DNA of 33,347 nucleotides from Candidatus Rokuibacteriota bacterium (GTDB lineage: Bacteria; Methylomirabilota; Methylomirabilia; Rokubacteriales; DASRDR01): the NCBI GenBank assembly GCA_044866005.1, contig JBIOTN010000173.1:1-33347 (forward strand), given 5' to 3'. The position numbers were made by a program, and so were the translations under genes. Shown here in pieces: positions 11,041-18,657 of the stretch (the stretch's first letter is position 1; the number at the start of each line of letters is the position of its first letter). The notes beneath the pieces were generated by a model, which ran no database searches, had not been told where the DNA came from, and saw only the letters and a program-made list of their open reading frames with translations.

Positions 11041-11469
11041 ATGTCGAGCGCGAGCAAGGATCAGAGGCCAATGAGCACCGTGGAAGGGGCCCTCGGTGGG
11101 CCGGCGATCGAGGTCGTGGCGAAGGCGACGCGGCGGCGGTTCACCCTCGACTACAAGTGGAAGATTGTCCGGGAGGCCGACGGCTGTAAGACGCCTGGAG
11201 CGATCGGCGCCCTGCTCCGTCGCGAGGGGCTGTACTCCTCACACCTGACCACGTGGCGCGCGGCCCGCGATCGGGGAGGGTTGGCCGGAGCGTCGAAGAA
11301 GCGGGGCCCGGTGCCGCGGGTGCCTGATCCGCGCGACAAGCGAATCAGCGAACTTGAGCGGGAGAACGCTCGCTGGCGCCGGCGCGCGGAGCGGGCCGAG
11401 GCCCTGGTGGAGGTTCAAAAAAACATCGCGGCGTTGCTAGGGACGCCACGCGAGAGCGAGACGTCCTGA
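11041..11469 (+). CDS. IS3-family transposase OrfA (HTH)
   Basis: RRRFTLDYKWKIVREAD, GALLRREGLYSSHLTTWR, coiled coil ELERENAR...VEVQKN. The start could be 11071. Confidence 0.9.
   Translation: MSSASKDQRPMSTVEGALGGPAIEVVAKATRRRFTLDYKWKIVREADGCKTPGAIGALLRREGLYSSHLTTWRAARDRGGLAGASKKRGPVPRVPDPRDKRISELERENARWRRRAERAEALVEVQKNIAALLGTPRESETS
11418..11424 (+). promoter_or_regulatory. Programmed -1 ribosomal frameshift heptamer A-AAA-AAC
   Basis: In the orfA frame the codons read CAA AAA AAC. The -1 frame is open (KHRGVARDATRERDVL) and in phase with the orfB ATG at 11469, giving the OrfAB fusion typical of IS3. Confidence 0.8.
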
Positions 11470-12551
11470 TGGCGGCGGTGGCCGAGGTTGGACCTCGGCT
11501 TGGCGTCGCACGGACGTGCGCGGCCCTCGGGATGCCGCGGGCGACCTACTACCGACGGCGGCGGTCCCAGAGCGGCCCGCCGCGCCGCCGATCGTCCCCC
11601 CGCGCGCTCAGTGTCGCAGAGCGCACTGCCGTACTCACCGTGCTGCACGAGCCGCGGTTCGTGGACCTCGCTCCGGCAGAAGTTTACGCGACCCTCCTCG
11701 ATGAGGGCCGATACCTCTGCTCCGAGCGGACGATGTACCGCCTCCTGGCGGCCCACCAGGAGGTGCGGGAGCGGCGGAACCAGCTCCGGCATCCGCGCTA
11801 CGCCGCCCCCGAGCTGCTTGCCCGCCGACCGAACGAACTGTGGAGCTGGGACATCACCAAGCTTCCCGGACCCGCGAAGTGGACCTACTTCTACCTCTAC
11901 GTCATGCTCGACGTCTTCAGCCGGTACGTCGTCGGCTGGATGGTGGCTCATCGGGAGAGCGCCACACTCGCCGAGCGGTTCATCCGCGAGACGTGCGCCC
12001 GGCGAGGGATCGCCCGTGATCAACTGACCGTCCACGCCGACCGGGGACCCGCCATGACCTCCAAGCCCGTGGCGCTGCTTCTGGCCGACCTGGGCGTAAC
12101 CAAGACTCACGCCCGGCCTCACGTTTCCAACGACAACCCGTTCTCGGAGGCACAATTCAAGACCCTGAAGTACCGGCCGGCGTTCCCCGAGCGCTTTGGC
12201 TCGATCCAGGACGCGCGAGCACACTGCCATGGCTTCTTCCTCTGGTACAACACTGCGCACCATCATTCGGGCCTCGGCCTGCTGACTCCCGCCGACGTGC
12301 ATCACGGCCTAGCCGCGCAACGCGTTGCCGCGCGGGCGATCGTGCTCGCCACGGCCTACGCGCATCCGGGGCGATTCCCCGGCGGTCTGCCCCAGCCGCC
12401 GGTGCCTCCTGTGGAAGTGTGGATCAACCGACCCAACACCTACACACGTGAGGAGGCGGCCAACACACCTATGCTCGCCAGCCCGGCAATCCTTGACCCT
12501 CTGAAGGCCTCCAGGTACGTTCGGTCAATTGTTGACGCGGGAGTACACTGA
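11469..12551 (+). CDS. IS3-family transposase OrfB (DDE integrase core)
   Basis: PNELWSWDIT (D), LDVFSRYVVGW, HADRG (D), NDNPFSEAQFKTLK (E), WYN..HHHSGLG..TP. Catalytic triad appears intact. Confidence 0.93.
   Translation: MAAVAEVGPRLGVARTCAALGMPRATYYRRRRSQSGPPRRRSSPRALSVAERTAVLTVLHEPRFVDLAPAEVYATLLDEGRYLCSERTMYRLLAAHQEVRERRNQLRHPRYAAPELLARRPNELWSWDITKLPGPAKWTYFYLYVMLDVFSRYVVGWMVAHRESATLAERFIRETCARRGIARDQLTVHADRGPAMTSKPVALLLADLGVTKTHARPHVSNDNPFSEAQFKTLKYRPAFPERFGSIQDARAHCHGFFLWYNTAHHHSGLGLLTPADVHHGLAAQRVAARAIVLATAYAHPGRFPGGLPQPPVPPVEVWINRPNTYTREEAANTPMLASPAILDPLKASRYVRSIVDAGVH
12493..12521 (+). promoter_or_regulatory. Putative promoter for the passenger gene, inside the 3' tail of orfB
   Basis: TTGACC (12493-12498), 17-bp spacer, TACGTT (12516-12521), followed by [10 protein letters not shown] and ATG 12580. 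Confidence 0.5.
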
Positions 12552-12579
12552 CGGGCCTGCGGTTGAGGAGGTCCGGCCG

Positions 12580-15500
12580 ATGAACTGTCCCTGGTGCCAG
12601 CACAAGAACGAGGCGGGCGCGAAGTTCTGCGAGGAGTGCGCCGCGCCCCTGGCCCGGGTGTGCGCCCAGTGCGGGCGGCCACTGTCTCCGACGGCGAGGT
12701 TCTGCCCTGAGTGTGCGCACCCCACTGGGCTGTCCGCCGTGCGGCCCCCGGCTCAGCGATTTGGCGCCCCTGAGTCCTACACGCCGAAGCATCTCGCCGA
12801 GAAGATCTTCACCTCCAAGAGCGCGCTGGAGGGCGAGCGCAAGCTCGTGACGGTGCTCTTCGCTGACCTCAAGGGCTCGATGGAGCTTCTGGCTGACCGC
12901 GATCCGGAGGAGGCGCGGAGGCTGCTCGACCCGGTGCTGGAGCGGATGATGGAGGCCGTTCATCGCTACGAGGGCACGGTGAACCAGGTCATGGGCGACG
13001 GGATCATGGCGCTGTTCGGCGCGCCCGTGGCCCATGAGGACCACGCGGTGCGCGCCTGCTACGCCGCCCACGACATGCAGGCCATGATGCGGCGCTACAC
13101 CGGTGAGATGCGGCACGCCCACGGCATCGAGGTGCAGGTCCGCGTGGGCCTGAACTCCGGCGAGGTCGTGGTGCGCGCCATCGGCAGTGACCTGCGCATG
13201 GACTACACCGCAGTGGGCCAGACGACGCACCTGGCGGCGCGGATGGAGCAGCTCGCCCCGCCCGGCACTATCCGGCTCACCGCGGACACGCTCCGCCTGG
13301 CGGAGGGCTACATCGAGGTCAAGCCCCTCGGCCAGGTGCCGGTGAAGGGACTGGAGACGCCCATCGACGTCTACGAGATGGTCGGCGCCAGCCCCCGCCG
13401 CTCGCGTCTTCACGCAGCGGCCGCCCGAGGGCTCACCCGGTTCGTCGGGCGTGAAGCCGAGCTCGAGCAACTCCGTCAGACCCTCGCGCGCGCCGCCGCC
13501 GGCCACGGTCAGGTGGTGGCGGTCGTGGGGGAGCCCGGCGTGGGCAAGTCGCGCCTTGTCTGGGAAGTCACCCATTCGCACAGGGTCCACGGCTGGCTAG
13601 TCCTCCAGGCCGGCTCCGTCTCGTACGGCAAGGCCACGGCATATCTCCCGGTCGTCGACCTCCTCAAGGGCTACTTCGCCATCGAGGACCGCGACGGCCT
13701 CCGTGCGGTGCGCGAGAAAGTGACGGGCAAGCTCTTGACGCTGGACCGCGCCCTGGAGTCCAGTCTGCCGCCGCTGCTGTCGCTTCTCGACGTGCCCTCT
13801 GACGACCCCCAGTGGCCGGCGCTCGATCCGTCCCAACGCCGCCGGCAAATCCTCGACGCGGTGAAGCGGCTGCTCCTCCGTGAAAGCCAGGTCCAGCCAT
13901 TGCTGGTCGTCTTCGAAGACCTTCACTGGATCGACGCCGAGACTCTGGCGCTGCTCGATGGGCTCGTCGAGAGCCTGCCGGCCGCCCGGCTGCTCCTCCT
14001 CGTGAACTACCGGCCGGAGTACCAGCACCTCTGGGGCAGCCGCGCCGCCTACACCCAGCTCCGCCTCGACCCCTTGCCGCCGGAGACCGCCGAGGACCTC
14101 CTCGGCGCGCTGCTCGGGCCCGACGCCGGCCTCGATCCACTCAAGCGGGTGCTGATCGAGCGAACGGAGGGTAACCCGTTCTTCCTCGAGGAGAGCGTGC
14201 GGGCGCTCGTCGAGGCCGGTTCACTGCTCGGCGAGCGCGGCGCCTACCGGCTGGCACGGGCGCTCCCGGCCATCCACGTCCCGGCGACGGTGCAGGCCGT
14301 GCTGGCCGGCCGGATCGACCGGCTGCCGCCCGCCGACAAGGCGCTCTTGCAGACCGCGTCGGTCATCGGGAAGGACGTCCCGTTTGCGCTGCTCCAGGCC
14401 ATTGCCGAGCCCGGCGAGGACGAGCTCCACGCCGCGATCGGCCGCCTGCAGGTCGGGGGGTTCCTATACGAGGTCGGCCTCTTCCCCGACCTCGAGTACA
14501 CGTTCAGGCACGCCCTGACCCACGAGGTCGCCTACGGGAGTCTCCTCCGAGAGCGGCGGTGCGCCCTCCACGCCAAGATCGCAGAGGCCATCGAACGGCT
14601 TTATGCGGAGCGCCTGAGCGAACAGGTTGAACGGCTCGCGCACCACGCGATCCGGGGCGAATTGTGGCAGAAGGCGGTGCAGTACCTCCGTCAGGCCGGT
14701 GCGAAGGCGGCAGCACGATCGGCTCATCGGGAAGCTATTAGTTACTTTGAGCAGGCGCTCGCGACGCTCCAGCAGATCCCTGAGGTGCAGGAGACAATGG
14801 AGCAGGCGATTGATCTGAGATTTGACCTTCGCAATTCGCTCGCCCCGCTCGGCGAGAACGAGCCGATGCTTGCTCATCTTCGCGAAGCTGAACGCCTCGC
14901 CGAAGCCCTCGACGATCAGCGTCGGCTGGCGTGGGTCCTCTACTTCATGGGCAATTGCTATGTGCTGATGGGTGACCACGAGCGAGCCCTCGCGTCGGGC
15001 CAGCGCGCCCTGGCCATCGGCGAGTCGTCCGAGGACCTCGCTCTGCGTGTCGAGACGAATTTCCGCATGGGCCAGGTCTACGCGATCCTGGGCAACTATC
15101 GGCGGGCGCTGGAGTTCCTTAAATGTCACATGGCCGCTCTGCAAGGCGACCTCATGCGTGAACGCTTCGGAATGCCGCGCCTGCCCTCCGTTGGTACCCG
15201 CACTTGGTCAGTCTGGTGCCTGGCAGAACTGGGAGAGTTCGTCGAGGGGATTGTCCTCGGAGATGAGGCAATCAGCATCGCCCGGTTGGTCGATCATCCG
15301 TTCAGCCTCGCCATGGCGCATGCGGGGTTAGGAATGTTGTACCTTCGCAAAGGGGATCTCGACAAGGCGATCTCCGTCCTGGCGCGCGGCGTCGAACTCT
15401 GCCGAGTGTGGAAGATGTTCTTCTGGTTCCCTCGGACGGTCTCGGCCCTGGGTCATGCGTATGCCTTGTCCGGACGGGTCGCAGACGCGCTGCCCGTGCT

Positions 15501-15963
15501 CACGCAAGGCGTTGACCAAGCGATGGCCACGGGAAACATGCTCGGACACTCGCTGTCGGTCGCCTGGCTCGCCGAGACGCATCTGTCGATGGGACGAAGG
15601 GACCACGCGCTGGAGCTAAGCCAGCACGCTCTGGCGCTTTCCCGCAGTCGCCGAGAACGGGGCACGGAGGCGTGGGCCCTCCATCTCCTGGGCGAGATCG
15701 CGTCCCATACCGATCCGGCCGACCTCGAGCCGACTGAAGGCCACTACCGTCAGGCCCTGGCCCTGGCCTACGAACTGGGCATGCGCCCGCTCGTCGCCCA
15801 CTGCCACCTCGGCCTCGGCAAGCTGTATCGCCGCACCGAGGACCGCGCGGAGGCGGAGGAACACCTCACCACTGCCACCACGATGTACCGCGAGATGGGC
15901 ATGAACTTCTGGCTGAAGAAGGCGGAGACTGGGGCTGGGCTGCCCCATAGCAGCTCACCCTGA
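12580..15963 (+). CDS. Double zinc ribbon + class III adenylate/guanylate cyclase + AAA/STAND ATPase + TPR protein (1,127 aa)
   Basis: Four CxxC pairs (CPWC, CEEC, CAQC, CPEC); VTVLFADLKGS, GDGIMALFG, RVGLNSGEV, TAVGQTTHLAARM; Walker A GEPGVGKS, Walker B LLVVFEDLHW, GNPFFLEE, YTFRHAL; helical TPR-like C-terminus. Confidence 0.93.
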   Translation: MNCPWCQHKNEAGAKFCEECAAPLARVCAQCGRPLSPTARFCPECAHPTGLSAVRPPAQRFGAPESYTPKHLAEKIFTSKSALEGERKLVTVLFADLKGSMELLADRDPEEARRLLDPVLERMMEAVHRYEGTVNQVMGDGIMALFGAPVAHEDHAVRACYAAHDMQAMMRRYTGEMRHAHGIEVQVRVGLNSGEVVVRAIGSDLRMDYTAVGQTTHLAARMEQLAPPGTIRLTADTLRLAEGYIEVKPLGQVPVKGLETPIDVYEMVGASPRRSRLHAAAARGLTRFVGREAELEQLRQTLARAAAGHGQVVAVVGEPGVGKSRLVWEVTHSHRVHGWLVLQAGSVSYGKATAYLPVVDLLKGYFAIEDRDGLRAVREKVTGKLLTLDRALESSLPPLLSLLDVPSDDPQWPALDPSQRRRQILDAVKRLLLRESQVQPLLVVFEDLHWIDAETLALLDGLVESLPAARLLLLVNYRPEYQHLWGSRAAYTQLRLDPLPPETAEDLLGALLGPDAGLDPLKRVLIERTEGNPFFLEESVRALVEAGSLLGERGAYRLARALPAIHVPATVQAVLAGRIDRLPPADKALLQTASVIGKDVPFALLQAIAEPGEDELHAAIGRLQVGGFLYEVGLFPDLEYTFRHALTHEVAYGSLLRERRCALHAKIAEAIERLYAERLSEQVERLAHHAIRGELWQKAVQYLRQAGAKAAARSAHREAISYFEQALATLQQIPEVQETMEQAIDLRFDLRNSLAPLGENEPMLAHLREAERLAEALDDQRRLAWVLYFMGNCYVLMGDHERALASGQRALAIGESSEDLALRVETNFRMGQVYAILGNYRRALEFLKCHMAALQGDLMRERFGMPRLPSVGTRTWSVWCLAELGEFVEGIVLGDEAISIARLVDHPFSLAMAHAGLGMLYLRKGDLDKAISVLARGVELCRVWKMFFWFPRTVSALGHAYALSGRVADALPVLTQGVDQAMATGNMLGHSLSVAWLAETHLSMGRRDHALELSQHALALSRSRRERGTEAWALHLLGEIASHTDPADLEPTEGHYRQALALAYELGMRPLVAHCHLGLGKLYRRTEDRAEAEEHLTTATTMYREMGMNFWLKKAETGAGLPHSSSP

Positions 15964-15982
15964 ACCGCGTCGACCCTACACT

Positions 15983-16017
15983 AATCTCATGACCCCGCTG
16001 TCTCGTTCTCATTGACA
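15983..16017 (-). repeat. Right terminal inverted repeat (IRR)
   Basis: ...CTGTCTCGTTCTCATTGACA, starting 20 bp after the cyclase stop. Contains an outward-facing TTGACA at 16012-16017. Confidence 0.8.
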
Positions 16018-16025
16018 GGTTCCGG

Positions 16026-16319
16026 TGTGGAGCCGACTTAGATCCGTTCTTCCTGGCACTCCTGCTCCGCGCTTCCCGCGATTACATCAGATCGCTCTCC
16101 AGTGGCGCTGTCCACAAGACCGTCTACGTGCCCACGGTCAGGGCGTTCGAAGTCTGTATCCCACCACTGGTCGAGCAGCGACTGATCGCCGCTCAGCTTA
16201 CGGTACAGGTCGAAGAAGTGGAGCGGATGGCGAACTGCCTAGATGAACAACTTGACGCGATCAACAGGCTGCCCGCTTCTCTCTTGCAGCGAGCTTTCAC
16301 TGAGGGAATCTGTGGCTAG
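16026..16319 (+). pseudogene. hsdS: hsdS 3' part (rest of TRD2 and distal conserved helix)
   Basis: CGADLDPFFLALLLRASRDYIRSLSSGAVHKTVYVPTVRAFEVCIPPLVEQRLIAAQL...LPASLLQRAF*. PPLxEQ and LLQRAF are HsdS C-terminal motifs. The stop overlaps the hsdM start. Confidence 0.88.
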
Positions 16320-18033
16320 AGTCCAGGTGAGCGCTGACGGTAAGGGGCAGGCAACCCAGCAGTCCGTGAACGCAGCGGTGTGGGCGATCTGCGACATCAT
16401 GCGGCGGTCGAATTGCGCCGGCGCCCTCCAGTATGTCCCGGAGCTGACCTGGATCCTGTTCCTGCGCATCCTGGACGAGCGCGAGACACGGGAGGCCGAG
16501 CGCGCCGAGGCGGTCGGAGCCGAGTTCACGCCCTCGCTCGACGCGCCGTACCGGTGGCGTGACTGGGCGGCGCCGGGCGGTCCGAAGCGGAAGTCGCTCC
16601 AGGACGGCGCGCTCGGCGGGTTCTTCGGATTCGTCAACGGGGAGCTTCTGCCTTATCTGAAGGGCTTGCGCGACAAGCCGGGAGCGACGCCGCGACAGAA
16701 GGTCATCAGCGAGATCATGTCGGGAGTGGAGCGGACCCGCATCGATACCGAGCGGAACTTCCTCGACGTCCTCGACAAGGTCCACGAGATCAGCGAGCGG
16801 GCGGTGGATGCCACCCACGTCTTCCCGCTCTCCCAGGTCTACGAAGGCCTGCTGCTCAAGATGGGCGAGAGGGGCAACGACGGCGGGCAGTTCTTCACGC
16901 CGCGCGAGATCATCCGCGCCATGGTGAGGGTCATCGACCCGAAGATCGGGGAGACGGTCTACGACCCCGGCTGCGGAACCGGCGGCTTCCTCGCCCAGTC
17001 GTTCGAGCACATGGCCGGCCAGAGCAACGAACGCATCTCCTCACCCGATCAGCTCGACACCTTGAAGCGCCGCACGTTTTACGGCCGCGAGAAGGACAAC
17101 GTCATCTATCCGATCGCCCTGGCCAATCTCGTCCTCCACGACATCGACGAGCCTCACGTCTGGCACGGCAACACCCTCACGGGCATGGAGATTTACGGGG
17201 GGCTGTTGGCCGAGGCGCCTCCCCTTCACGACGTCATCCTGCTGAATCCGCCGTTCGGCGGGAAGGAAGGCAAGGAGGCGCAGACCAAGTTCGCGTTCAA
17301 GACGGGCGCGACGCAGGTGCTGTTCCTCCAGCACGTCATCGACAGCCTGAAGCCCGGGGGACGCTGCGGCATCGTGCTCGACGAGGGGGTGCTCTTCCGG
17401 ACCAACGAAACGGCGTTCGTCCGTACCAAGCGCAAGCTCCTGGATGAGTGCGATCTCTGGTGCATCGTCAGCCTGCCGGCCGGCGTCTTCACCGCGGCGG
17501 GCGCCGGCGTCAAGACGAATCTCCTGTTTTTCACGAAAGGTAGGCCCACCGACCGGATCTGGTATTACGACCTGTCAGACGTGAAGGTCGGGAAGAAGAA
17601 CCCGTTCACGCTGGACAGGTTCGCGGATTTCTTCCGCCTGCTGCCCGAGCGCGCCGCCAGCGATCGGGGCTGGACGGTCTCGATGGCCGAGCGGCGACGG
17701 CAAGCCGCGGAGGAGTCCGAGGCGCTCCGGCGGCAGGCCCGGGCGAAGGAACACGAGGCGGGACGATTGAAAGAGCGGCTCGGCGACCTGAAGACCTCGG
17801 AGCCACGCGACCAGGCGGAGGACGAGATCGCGAAGCTGACCAGGGACGCCCGCGAGCTCTGTGCTCGCGCGGAGTCGATCCAGGACGCCGTCTTCGACCT
17901 CAAGGCCGTCAATCCCAACGCCAGCAAGGATGCCGACATCCGCTCACCCGAGGAGCTGCTCGACCTCATCGAGGCCAAGGGCCGCGAGGTCGCCGAAGCG
18001 CTCGCCGCGCTTCGCCGCATGACCAGCCGTTAG
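16312..18033 (+). CDS. hsdM: Type I R-M N6-adenine methyltransferase M subunit
   Basis: WAICDIMRR, GQFFTPR, YDPGCGTGGFL (SAM binding), NPPFGG (catalytic), SLPAGVF, IWYYDL; C-terminal coiled coil. Start taken as GTG 16312 after GAGGG. Confidence 0.94.
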   Translation: MARVQVSADGKGQATQQSVNAAVWAICDIMRRSNCAGALQYVPELTWILFLRILDERETREAERAEAVGAEFTPSLDAPYRWRDWAAPGGPKRKSLQDGALGGFFGFVNGELLPYLKGLRDKPGATPRQKVISEIMSGVERTRIDTERNFLDVLDKVHEISERAVDATHVFPLSQVYEGLLLKMGERGNDGGQFFTPREIIRAMVRVIDPKIGETVYDPGCGTGGFLAQSFEHMAGQSNERISSPDQLDTLKRRTFYGREKDNVIYPIALANLVLHDIDEPHVWHGNTLTGMEIYGGLLAEAPPLHDVILLNPPFGGKEGKEAQTKFAFKTGATQVLFLQHVIDSLKPGGRCGIVLDEGVLFRTNETAFVRTKRKLLDECDLWCIVSLPAGVFTAAGAGVKTNLLFFTKGRPTDRIWYYDLSDVKVGKKNPFTLDRFADFFRLLPERAASDRGWTVSMAERRRQAAEESEALRRQARAKEHEAGRLKERLGDLKTSEPRDQAEDEIAKLTRDARELCARAESIQDAVFDLKAVNPNASKDADIRSPEELLDLIEAKGREVAEALAALRRMTSR

Positions 18034-18083
18034 CCCTCCCGCGCGGCCTCAGGGCCGCCGACGGCAGGGGCCGGACAGGGCGC

Positions 18084-18656
18084 CTACCGCTCGCGCAGCT
18101 TCAGCCGAAGCGACTCGATCTGCTCGTGGAGCGGCGTGCCCCGCGGCGCGGTCATCGGCGTCTCGTCGGCGAGCGTCGTGTGGAGCTCGACCAGGATCGG
18201 CCCCTCGGCGGCGAGGATCCCCGGCAGTCGGCGGCGGAGCTCGGCCAGATCGGCGATCGCCCAGGCGTCACGATACCCCGCGCCCTTCGCCATCGTCACG
18301 AAGTCGACGTCCAGCCCGCCGGGGACCTCCTGCGAGCCGGAGGTGTGGTAGACGCCGTTCTTGAAGACGAAGTGGACGAAGTTGGGCGGGGCGGCGCCGG
18401 CCACCGTGGCGAGCGAGCCGAGCTGCATCAGGAGCGAGCCGTCGCCGTCGAAGACGAGGACGCGCCGCCCGGGGCACGCCAGCGCCAGGCCGAGGCCGAG
18501 GGACGACGCCCCGCCCATGAAGCCGACGCAGGTCACCGAGAGGTCGTCCGGCGCGATCGTCCGCCACGCCGGCGCGGTGGTCATGGTCGGCACGCAGATC
18601 GCGTCACCGCGCAGCGCGGCGATCTCCCGGAGCACGGGCTCGGGCTTCATCGCCAC
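18084..18656 (-). CDS. ThDP-dependent decarboxylase beta subunit (sulfopyruvate/phosphonopyruvate decarboxylase ComE-like)
   Basis: GFMGGASSLGLGLALA, DGDGSLLMQLGSL...NGVY ThDP-binding motif. Confidence 0.85.
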   Translation of the reverse strand: MAMKPEPVLREIAALRGDAICVPTMTTAPAWRTIAPDDLSVTCVGFMGGASSLGLGLALACPGRRVLVFDGDGSLLMQLGSLATVAGAAPPNFVHFVFKNGVYHTSGSQEVPGGLDVDFVTMAKGAGYRDAWAIADLAELRRRLPGILAAEGPILVELHTTLADETPMTAPRGTPLHEQIESLRLKLRER

Positions 18657-18657
18657 G

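Larger units (their letters stand above)
11003..16017 (+). mobile_element. IS3-family element carrying a passenger gene (5,015 bp)
   Basis: TG...CA ends with imperfect inverted repeats: left TGCCAATATGGGTGAGACAG, right (reverse complement) TGTCAATGAGAACGAGACAG, 14/20 identical. Contains orfA/orfB transposase and the cyclase gene. hsdS sequence stops just before and resumes just after the element. Confidence 0.85.

Noticed and set aside
12520..12545. Possible right inverted repeat directly after orfB (ATTGTTGACGCGG)
   Set aside because: It lacks the CTGTCTC box and terminal CA that match the left repeat, and hsdS does not resume there.
11003..16017. Classical composite transposon (two IS copies flanking the cyclase)
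   Set aside because: Only one transposase is present, and only 54 bp lie between the cyclase stop and the right end.
10995..16025. Precise excision restoring hsdS as an on/off phase switch
   Set aside because: Removing 11003-16017 leaves 16 nt between the Thr and Cys codons, which is out of frame, and the expected intervening codons are missing.
7006..18083. Integrase-mobilised island with att sites around the R-M locus
   Set aside because: No integrase, tRNA or flanking direct repeat was found by eye, and hsdR/hsdM composition is close to that of neighbouring genes.
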